Part shown: in pieces, positions 7,898 to 15,672 of the stretch
Position numbering within the stretch: position 1 is the stretch's first letter
Layout of the letters: every line of letters starts with the position of its first letter
Source: Flavobacteriales bacterium
GTDB lineage: Bacteria > Bacteroidota > Bacteroidia > Flavobacteriales > BACL11
Length of the DNA: 64,000 bases
Direction of reading: 5' to 3'
Assembly: GCA_947502765.1 (NCBI GenBank)
Contig: CANNBA010000001.1
Span: 33,124 to 97,123, forward strand
Position numbers and translations under genes: made by a program
The notes under the pieces: generated by a model
The model's input: only the letters and a program-made list of their open reading frames with translations
Told to the model about the DNA's origin: nothing
Databases searched by the model: none

Positions 7898-9808
7898 ATG
7901 TCTACAAAACACTATTCAAGAAAAGAAAGACAATTAAAGTACTTAGTAAAAAAACTAAATATTTTAATCCAAAAAACTGATTCAAATCTAAAATCAGAAA
8001 TTAAGAAGATTTCAGATAAGATTAAGTACTTAGTGAGTCAACTTAATGGCATTATAAGTGCCCCTGGATTGAAGCGCATTCTTGGAACTATTGCTCTTTT
8101 TATAGGAATTTCTTTTACCAATACAGCTGCTGCTCAATGGTTTGCCTATCCTGTAACAAATCCTTTTGGAATTACACCAGGAACTACTAATAATTTCCAA
8201 TCAGTAAACCTAATTGATATTGATAATGATGGGGATCTCGATCTTTTTACAGATAATATAATTTATGGCTACTATGTGTATATGGGAAATTTCAATTTTC
8301 AAGAAAATATTGGTACCTCAACCAATCCTAATTTTGATGTTCCAGAGTCAAATCCTTTCAATTTACCTGATTCAATAATTTCATCTGATATTTTTCAACA
8401 AAGACACTTTGTAGATTTTGATGGAGATGGAGATTTTGATGTATTATCTAATATTTTTACTTTTAATTATTCCACTTATTCTTACGTTTCTAGATATAGG
8501 TATTATGAGAATATAGGCACCCCTGCTGTTGCTAACTTTGGACCAGCTGTTGTAAATCCTTTCGGATTGCAAGACTCTCCTAATATTGAATTCTCAGCTA
8601 TAGGAGACATTGATAATGATGGAGATTTTGATTTAATTAATTGTTCCTTAAGCTACGGTAGTTATTATAGCAACTTTCTTTTTATTGAAAATACTGGAAG
8701 TAGTACATCGCCAACATTCAGTTTGGCTCAAGCCAATACTTTTGGTATTCCCTCTGCTTATGGAGTTGGAATTACATCATTAACAGATTTGGATAATGAT
8801 GGTGATTTAGATATAATATTTGGCGAATATGTAAATTATGCTGGACAATTTTCATTTAATGAAAATACAGGCACTGCTAATACTGCTCAATTTTCCACAA
8901 CTGTAAGTAATCCTTATGGGTTAAATGGATCCCTATTTAATAGTGCACCCACACTTGAATTTAAAGATTTAGATGGAGACGGTGATTTAGATTTACTTGC
9001 AGGAACATCTGAGGAAACATCTTATTTTGAAAATGTAGCTATACAACAACCCATTACTTATGAATGTATTAATTATTCATGTGTTGACCCAGGAACAGGA
9101 AGTGGTCCTTACTCAACACTTGCCGCATGTCAAACTACTTGCGTAGTTCCTGTAAGCTATGAATGTGACTGGTGGAGCGGTGGCTGTTATGATCCAGGAA
9201 ACGGAATGGGAATGTATGCAACTCTGACTGATTGTCAAACAAATTGTATCATTCCTACAGTAACCTATGAATGTGATTTAGGTTTTGGATGTTATGATCC
9301 TGGTAACGGAATGGGAATTTATGCCACTTTGACGGATTGTCAAGCAAATTGTGGAATAGTAACACCAACTTGGAATTGCACAAATGGAAGTTGTACAGAC
9401 CCAGGAACAGGAAATGGAACTTACGCTTTATTAACTGATTGTCAAGTAAATTGTGGAATAGTAACACCAACTTGGAATTGTAATACAACTCTAGGATGTA
9501 TTGATCCAGCAGATGGTTCTGGTTTATATGCTAGTCTTGCAGGATGTCAAGCAAATTGCAATCTAACTTCAGTTCAAAATACTAAGGTTGATAATTTAAA
9601 ATTATTTCCTAATCCTGTAAATAATACTCTAAATATTAGTACTGAAAAAGAAATAAAAAAGATTGAAATTTATGATGGCTTAGGTAGAATAATACTATCA
9701 AAAGAAAATCCATCTACCACTATTAATGTAGAACAACTTGAAAGCGGAATTTATTCCATTGCTATTATTTTTGAAGACAGTAGAATTTTAAGAAAATTTA
9801 CTAAATAA
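7898..9808 (+). CDS. FG-GAP/VCBS-repeat (DxDxDGDxD) protein with five 4-Cys modules and canonical T9SS C-terminal domain
   Basis: Five NPFG..DIDNDGDLDL-type blades. Five ~34-aa [YW]xC..C.DPG.G.G.Y..L..CQ.NC modules. C-terminus LKLFPNPVNNTLNI...GIYSIAIIF...RKFTK is type-A CTD-like. The track start at 7889 is TTG. An alternative TTG at 8069 gives a classical signal peptide. Confidence 0.75.
   Translation: MSTKHYSRKERQLKYLVKKLNILIQKTDSNLKSEIKKISDKIKYLVSQLNGIISAPGLKRILGTIALFIGISFTNTAAAQWFAYPVTNPFGITPGTTNNFQSVNLIDIDNDGDLDLFTDNIIYGYYVYMGNFNFQENIGTSTNPNFDVPESNPFNLPDSIISSDIFQQRHFVDFDGDGDFDVLSNIFTFNYSTYSYVSRYRYYENIGTPAVANFGPAVVNPFGLQDSPNIEFSAIGDIDNDGDFDLINCSLSYGSYYSNFLFIENTGSSTSPTFSLAQANTFGIPSAYGVGITSLTDLDNDGDLDIIFGEYVNYAGQFSFNENTGTANTAQFSTTVSNPYGLNGSLFNSAPTLEFKDLDGDGDLDLLAGTSEETSYFENVAIQQPITYECINYSCVDPGTGSGPYSTLAACQTTCVVPVSYECDWWSGGCYDPGNGMGMYATLTDCQTNCIIPTVTYECDLGFGCYDPGNGMGIYATLTDCQANCGIVTPTWNCTNGSCTDPGTGNGTYALLTDCQVNCGIVTPTWNCNTTLGCIDPADGSGLYASLAGCQANCNLTSVQNTKVDNLKLFPNPVNNTLNISTEKEIKKIEIYDGLGRIILSKENPSTTINVEQLESGIYSIAIIFEDSRILRKFTK
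9059..9559 (+). repeat. In-frame tandem coding repeat (5 copies, ~96-108 nt) encoding the 4-Cys module
   Basis: For example, 9335-9378 and 9437-9480 are identical at 43 of 44 nt, offset by 102 nt. All copies stay in the reading frame of 7898-9808. Confidence 0.85.
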
Positions 9809-9827
9809 CCCCACTTACTAAAAAATG

Positions 9828-9854
9828 AAACGGGCTTCTAAAGCCCGTTTTTTA
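9828..9854. terminator. Bidirectional rho-independent terminator
   Basis: AACGGGCTT-CTA-AAGCCCGTT followed by TTTT, with an A-run before it, between convergent genes. Confidence 0.8.
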
Positions 9855-10430
9855 TTCTAAAACTCCTTCCAATTTAGCTTGTATAAGAATGTGTTCTATA
9901 AGCATATCCTCTCTGATATTTACAGGATCATATTGAGTTTTTAAATTATTATCCCAAAGTTTAGCCATGGTTTGCCAAAATAATGCATTAAAACTTCCTC
10001 TATATGATTTTACAATATCATAAGATGTAGTATTGGTTTCACGGTAAATCAGCTTTACCAATATCTTTCCTTCATTCATAGTAAGGCTCTTTAATCTATC
10101 GGTATATTCCTCTTTGACCCATTTGGTCACTTCTTTGGTGTACTGTTTCTTTTTTCTCCTTTTTGGAATATTCTCTAAATTTGATTTAATCTCATCTAGT
10201 TTCTTTTTCGCTATTAATGCATAGGGATACACTTTAAGCACTCTCCTTTTTAAAATGTAGTAAGCGTTTTTATCCTCTTTACTCTTAAATGCTAATATTT
10301 CTACTTCTGGTAATTTAGAAAAAAAAATAGTGTCCTGATCTATTACTTCAAAATCCAAGACATTTATAGTTTGTGCATTTACTGAAAGAAAAAATAAGCT
10401 AAAAAGAAAAAATATCGCAAATCTTTGCAT
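9852..10430 (-). CDS. Secreted conserved hypothetical protein (DUF4294-like)
   Basis: Signal peptide MQRFAIFFLFSLFFLSVNAQ. LTMNEGKILVKLIYRETNTTSYDIVKSYRG...WQTMAKLWDNNLK resembles DUF4294 as I recall it. The start overlaps the stop of the upstream peptidase gene (TAATG). Confidence 0.5.
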   Translation of the reverse strand: MQRFAIFFLFSLFFLSVNAQTINVLDFEVIDQDTIFFSKLPEVEILAFKSKEDKNAYYILKRRVLKVYPYALIAKKKLDEIKSNLENIPKRRKKKQYTKEVTKWVKEEYTDRLKSLTMNEGKILVKLIYRETNTTSYDIVKSYRGSFNALFWQTMAKLWDNNLKTQYDPVNIREDMLIEHILIQAKLEGVLE

Positions 10431-13400
10431 TATTGGATAATTATTTGTCTTTGAAAGGTTTCTTTTTCAGTTATAACTTTGATAGTATACATCCCTTTTG
10501 ATAATTCACGCATATCCAATACTGTAGCATTGCTGTAAGGGTATTGCAACATATAAAGGCGAGCACTTACATCAAAAACGAGTATTTGTTTAATTGTATT
10601 AGTAGCCGTAATAGTACACTTTGATGTTGTGGGATTTGGAAAAATATTTATTAGCTGATTATTTTCTGCAATAGAGACAGGTGAAGTAATGAATACTGCT
10701 GTAGCATCTGCATACTCTGATTTACAATTCTCTATCATGTTTAGATTGTAAAAAAAGTAGTAGTATTCAGGATCACCAAATGGGGAATTATGGCCTGTAA
10801 TACTTGCTAAGCTAGCCAGTTGATAAGGATAAGAAGCTCCAGAATTATTCCTGTATAAGCCAGAACTTCCACTAGAGATTCCTAATTCCAAATCATTCAT
10901 AACTGGAACATTAAAATCTACATTCAAAGTATTTAATCCTAACTGAACTGTAATTGTAGTATCTTCCACCACCTGTGAATTATTATCCCTTAATTCAAAT
11001 GTTATTGCTTGTGATGTTCCAGCATATACATCAAAAGAAACTAATTTAGAAGGAGTGTAACAATCAATAAGCAGATGTCTATCATTATTGTAATATCCTC
11101 CACCACCAATGCTGTTATCTAAGGGGCCACCAAATACTGAAGATCCTCCAAAATCTCTAGCATAATAAGTCGTATTCTGAGTTAAAACTGGTGTAGTAAA
11201 GTTTGCTCCAGAATATAAAGGAGCGCTTCCCAAAGTGTCTGAAAACCATTTTACATTATTTGAAGAACTGCTTAGAATAAATGAAGATGGATTTACAAAA
11301 GAAGTGTCATTATAAGTTATAGGAGCAGGAGTATAATTCACACTAAATAAATTTTGATAAAAAACAGTATCTGCACCCAAATTATTTGAAACTATTAATT
11401 GTACTGAATAGCTGCCACTACTTTGATAATTATGGACAGGATCTTGCAAGCTTGAAGTGTTTCCATCTCCAAAATCCCAACTCCAATTATTTGGCTGATT
11501 CTGACTCAAATCTGAAAAAGAAATTTCTCCTGAGCAAGATAATGAAGATGAAACAGAAAAATCTGCAATAGGAACATCAGTACATCCATTATAAGTTGGT
11601 TGTGCGTTTACAGCTATCGCCCTTCTTCCTTTTTTTCCATTAACTTTTGCACAAACTGAAAACCAACTATCCGTAATTAAAGGATTAGGATTTAGAAAGA
11701 ATGCATTTGTCGTTGTAGTTGTTGTCATTGAATCCATATACATATTTCCTAGCATGCTCACTTCATAAGATGTAGCACCACTTACTGCATTCCAAAAAAC
11801 ATAAACAGAATCTGCACAAATCCAGTCTACTACTACATTTTGAGGCACATTAATAATACTAAAAAAATCATCACTCTCATCTGAGAAACCATTTCTACTG
11901 ACACGTACTTTTGCATTATTCGCAACTACATTAGGTACTGAAACAAGTGTATATTGTCTATTACTACCATTAATACTAGAATTTACTCCTATCCAATTCG
12001 CCCCTCCATCAATAGTATATTCTAAAGTAAAATTACCGCTATTTCCATATGCATCCCATCTAATAATTTCTGATTCACTAGCAACCCAACCTTCTCCACC
12101 CACTGGGTAAGTAAGCGTTATTTCATCATTTAAAAAAACATAGGAAACCGAATACTCCTGAGGTCCAAAAGGAATAGAATTGCCACTTACCATTAGAGTG
12201 TAATTTCCAGGCAATGGATTATCAATAGTAATCTGTTCCATATTATTAATATGATCCGCTCCTTTTATAGCATTAGAATTAAGTGCTGCTGAATTTGCAG
12301 TAGTGTCAAGTATCCATGGTAATTCTACTGAATTGCCTAAATCATCAAACAATTCTATATCCAAATCATTCACTAAAGCCGGACTAGCATTAGCACTTGC
12401 TTCTTTATCATGCCAATATACCATTAATTTTAATTGATTTGTTCCAGAGGGAATAGTAATGGAATGCGTGTTAGTACCCCCCTGAGAAATATTATCAATA
12501 AGATACTGATTATTTTCTAGAATTGTGACTGCTCTAAGCACATTTACTTCTCCCCATCCATGCTGGAAATCAGGTCCAGGGTTTCCGATATCATCAGCAG
12601 CATTCAATAATACATTCTTCATAATAGAAGAATTTGGATTTTGTCCACCATTCAATTCTTTATAAGCCTGATACAATTGCCCCATTACACCAGCAATTCC
12701 TGGACAAGACATTGATGTTCCTGTTTTTAAACCATAATCATTGTCTGGAATAGTAGAATTTACAGAACTGCCTTTTGCTCCAATATCAGGTTTTATTCTG
12801 CCATCAGCAGCAGGACCCCTACTTGATGATGAGGCTAAAATTCCTGATGATGTAAGATTTGCTACAGCAATTACATTTTTGCCTTGTTTATGCCCTCCTG
12901 TTACATTGCCCCATCCGCTTCCTGCACCATATCCACAATCAGAACTTCCATCATTTCCTGCTGAAAACACATGAATGAGTGATGGATATAGATTAATCTG
13001 CTCATCTAAATCTTTTGCTAATGAGGTGTATCCAGCATTGCAGCCATTGCTATATGATTTTGAGGTAATAATTACATCATTATTTTGATATAATAAAGGA
13101 ACATCATAATAGTTGTTATTATTCGAACTATACACATATAAAAAGGCTGCATCAGACATACCAGCAGCAATTGGATCTAAATTGCCAGAACCCATAATAG
13201 TACCAGCAACATGATCACCATGATCGTCTCCACTACTTGTACTACATCCTCCACAATTTGACTGGTCAATTCTACCTTGATAATCAATATGAGGACCAAT
13301 TATTCCATCATCTTGCATCATAATATTTATTCCTTCTCCATTATAATGTCTTCCACTGGTATATTCAGTATTTATTGTATTTGACCTATGTAATGTTCTT

Positions 13401-14002
13401 CCCGTTTTATTTTCTTTCTCTGATGGAGAGTCAATAGGTTCAATATACCACACTTCATTAATAGTTGATAATGCAGATAATTCAATAGGGTCTATTTTTA
13501 AAGTAATACTATTGCTAAAACTATTTATAGCATCTATTTGATAATTACTCATTTTAAAAGATTCCTGAACACTAAATATATCTGCATTTTTATATAATAA
13601 TACTTTAACAGATAACTTGTTGTTATTCAAAGCCCAAACAGGAAAATTATTATTCTGCAACTTAGGATCAATTTTATAATGAGGCTTAATAGCAGAGATA
13701 GCAAGAATACCAAAATCAGATAAAGTAGTAATATTGATGTTTTTTGGAATACTTACTACATACGCTCTATTTGGAATATACTCCAAAAAATCAATACCAA
13801 TATCTCTAATATTTTCCTTTTCTTTATTGCTTGGAATCTTAGAAAAACACACAAAGTGATAATTTATATTATTTGATCTATCTATTTCAATATCATAGCT
13901 TAAAGTTATTGTGCCTGACTTTAGAAATAAAGTGCTTTCTTGAGCAAATAAATTAGCGCTAAAGAATGTAATTAAGAAAATAAGAAGAAGATGCTTTCTC
14001 AT
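10430..14002 (-). CDS. Secreted subtilisin-family (S8) serine peptidase with PKD domain and T9SS C-terminal domain
   Basis: Asp/His/Ser motifs MMQDDGI, DDHGDHVAGTI and GTSMSCPGIAGV. PKD motif WSWDFGDGNTS. C-terminus NIFPNPTTSKCTI...GMYTIKVI...RQIIIQ. Confidence 0.85.
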   Translation of the reverse strand: MRKHLLLIFLITFFSANLFAQESTLFLKSGTITLSYDIEIDRSNNINYHFVCFSKIPSNKEKENIRDIGIDFLEYIPNRAYVVSIPKNINITTLSDFGILAISAIKPHYKIDPKLQNNNFPVWALNNNKLSVKVLLYKNADIFSVQESFKMSNYQIDAINSFSNSITLKIDPIELSALSTINEVWYIEPIDSPSEKENKTGRTLHRSNTINTEYTSGRHYNGEGINIMMQDDGIIGPHIDYQGRIDQSNCGGCSTSSGDDHGDHVAGTIMGSGNLDPIAAGMSDAAFLYVYSSNNNNYYDVPLLYQNNDVIITSKSYSNGCNAGYTSLAKDLDEQINLYPSLIHVFSAGNDGSSDCGYGAGSGWGNVTGGHKQGKNVIAVANLTSSGILASSSSRGPAADGRIKPDIGAKGSSVNSTIPDNDYGLKTGTSMSCPGIAGVMGQLYQAYKELNGGQNPNSSIMKNVLLNAADDIGNPGPDFQHGWGEVNVLRAVTILENNQYLIDNISQGGTNTHSITIPSGTNQLKLMVYWHDKEASANASPALVNDLDIELFDDLGNSVELPWILDTTANSAALNSNAIKGADHINNMEQITIDNPLPGNYTLMVSGNSIPFGPQEYSVSYVFLNDEITLTYPVGGEGWVASESEIIRWDAYGNSGNFTLEYTIDGGANWIGVNSSINGSNRQYTLVSVPNVVANNAKVRVSRNGFSDESDDFFSIINVPQNVVVDWICADSVYVFWNAVSGATSYEVSMLGNMYMDSMTTTTTTNAFFLNPNPLITDSWFSVCAKVNGKKGRRAIAVNAQPTYNGCTDVPIADFSVSSSLSCSGEISFSDLSQNQPNNWSWDFGDGNTSSLQDPVHNYQSSGSYSVQLIVSNNLGADTVFYQNLFSVNYTPAPITYNDTSFVNPSSFILSSSSNNVKWFSDTLGSAPLYSGANFTTPVLTQNTTYYARDFGGSSVFGGPLDNSIGGGGYYNNDRHLLIDCYTPSKLVSFDVYAGTSQAITFELRDNNSQVVEDTTITVQLGLNTLNVDFNVPVMNDLELGISSGSSGLYRNNSGASYPYQLASLASITGHNSPFGDPEYYYFFYNLNMIENCKSEYADATAVFITSPVSIAENNQLINIFPNPTTSKCTITATNTIKQILVFDVSARLYMLQYPYSNATVLDMRELSKGMYTIKVITEKETFQRQIIIQ

Positions 14003-14020
14003 TGAATAAATTGTTTCTTA

Positions 14021-14028
14021 CAAAAATA
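14021..14028 (-). promoter_or_regulatory. -7 promoter box (TATTTTTG on the minus strand) for the S8 peptidase operon
   Basis: The reverse complement of CAAAAATA matches TAnnTTTG, 18 nt upstream of the ATG at 14002. Confidence 0.4.
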
Positions 14029-14099
14029 CAACTGTTAAATGATTTCACATCATTATAATAATTAAATTTAAAATAGTTTATTCGTTCAGAATCAATATG

Positions 14100-14107
14100 T
14101 AATTTTG
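14100..14107 (+). promoter_or_regulatory. -7 promoter box (TAATTTTG), predicted leaderless transcript
   Basis: TAnnTTTG match ending 5 nt before the ATG at 14113. Confidence 0.4.
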
Positions 14108-14112
14108 TCTTG

Positions 14113-15654
14113 ATGATAAAAAAAGTACAACTTCAAGTTTTACCTAAGGAGGCCGCAAATTCTGATTTACTTTTAGAAATTGTTTCTGAAAAAGTTAATG
14201 CTGAGAAGTCTTCTATAAAACATATTGAAATTTTAAAAAGATCGATTGATGCAAGGCAAAAAATAACTAAAATCAACTTAAGCGTTGCTATTTACATTAA
14301 CGAGTCCTGCAATATCGTAAAAAAAATAATTACTGAATATAAAGATGTCAGTAATGCCCAGGAAGTAATTATTATTGGTGCTGGTCCTGCTGGTCTTTTT
14401 GCAGCTTTAAAACTACTAACAAAAGGATTACAGCCAATTATTATAGAAAGAGGAAAAGATGTGAGAGCAAGAAGATTAGATTTAGCAAAACTTACAAAAG
14501 AACATATAGTAAATGAAGATTCCAACTACTGTTTTGGTGAGGGTGGTGCTGGCACCTACTCAGATGGAAAGCTATATACCAGAAGTACAAAAAGAGGAGA
14601 TGTCGAAAATATCTTAGATGTTTTAATTCATCATGGTGCTAATCCAGAAATAAAAGTAGATGCACATCCTCATATAGGGACTAATAAACTGCCTAAAATT
14701 ATTAAAGCTATACGCGAAACTATTATAAAATATGGAGGCAAAGTTTTATTTAACTCTAGAGTAACTGATATTATCATAAAAAATAAAAAAGTTGATGGTG
14801 TTTTACTTCACAATGGCGAAAAAATTAATGCCAGTAAAATTATTTTAGCAACAGGGCATTCTGCTCGTGATATATTTGAACTATTACATAAAAAAGAGAT
14901 TGAGATAGAAGCAAAAGCATTTGCTCTTGGTGTAAGAGTAGAGCATACTCAAGAATTAATCGACCAAATACAATATAAATGTAAATCAAGAGGAGAATAT
15001 TTGCCTCCAGCTCCATATTCTATTGTCAAACAAGTAAATGGTAGAGGAGTTTATTCCTTTTGTATGTGTCCTGGCGGGATTATTGCTCCTTGCGCCACAA
15101 GCCCTGGTGAGGTTGTAACCAATGGATGGTCTCCATCCAGAAGAGATTACGAAACTTCAAACTCAGGAATTGTAGTAGAACTTAATAATAAAGATTTCGC
15201 AAAATATGCTGATAAGGGTCCGCTTGCTGGCATGTATTTTCAAAAAGAAATAGAGCAAATTGCTTGGGAAATGGCAGGCAAAACACAAAAAGTTCCAGCA
15301 CAAAGGTTAGTTGATTTCACTACTAATAAATTATCGGCTAATATTCCAAAAACATCTTATTTTCCTGGTACAAAATCGACTCAACTGAGTACAATTTTAC
15401 CAAAATTTGTAAATGAAAATCTCAAAGAAGGATTTAGACAGTTTGGGATGCAAATGAAGGGATATTTGACAAATGAAGCTGTAGTACACGCCCCAGAAAG
15501 CAGAACCTCTTCCCCTGTTAGAATTCCTAGAGATAAAGAAACATTACAACATCCTCAAATTAAAGGGCTTTTTCCTTGTGGTGAAGGAGCTGGTTATGCT
15601 GGAGGTATTATCTCTGCTGCCATTGATGGCGAAAAATGTGCTGATAAGTGCTGA
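14113..15654 (+). CDS. FAD-dependent oxidoreductase (COG2509-like)
   Basis: Dinucleotide-binding motif VIIIGAGPAGLFAALKL...IIERG. C-terminal CGEGAGYAGGIISAAIDG. Confidence 0.7.
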   Translation: MIKKVQLQVLPKEAANSDLLLEIVSEKVNAEKSSIKHIEILKRSIDARQKITKINLSVAIYINESCNIVKKIITEYKDVSNAQEVIIIGAGPAGLFAALKLLTKGLQPIIIERGKDVRARRLDLAKLTKEHIVNEDSNYCFGEGGAGTYSDGKLYTRSTKRGDVENILDVLIHHGANPEIKVDAHPHIGTNKLPKIIKAIRETIIKYGGKVLFNSRVTDIIIKNKKVDGVLLHNGEKINASKIILATGHSARDIFELLHKKEIEIEAKAFALGVRVEHTQELIDQIQYKCKSRGEYLPPAPYSIVKQVNGRGVYSFCMCPGGIIAPCATSPGEVVTNGWSPSRRDYETSNSGIVVELNNKDFAKYADKGPLAGMYFQKEIEQIAWEMAGKTQKVPAQRLVDFTTNKLSANIPKTSYFPGTKSTQLSTILPKFVNENLKEGFRQFGMQMKGYLTNEAVVHAPESRTSSPVRIPRDKETLQHPQIKGLFPCGEGAGYAGGIISAAIDGEKCADKC

Positions 15655-15672
15655 TTTATAGTAAATGAAAGA

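Noticed and set aside
9059-9559. Regularly spaced ~100-nt DNA repeats that could superficially suggest a CRISPR-like array or minisatellite
   Set aside because: All copies lie in one long reading frame and encode a conserved Cys module. There is no short-repeat/unique-spacer alternation and there are no cas genes.
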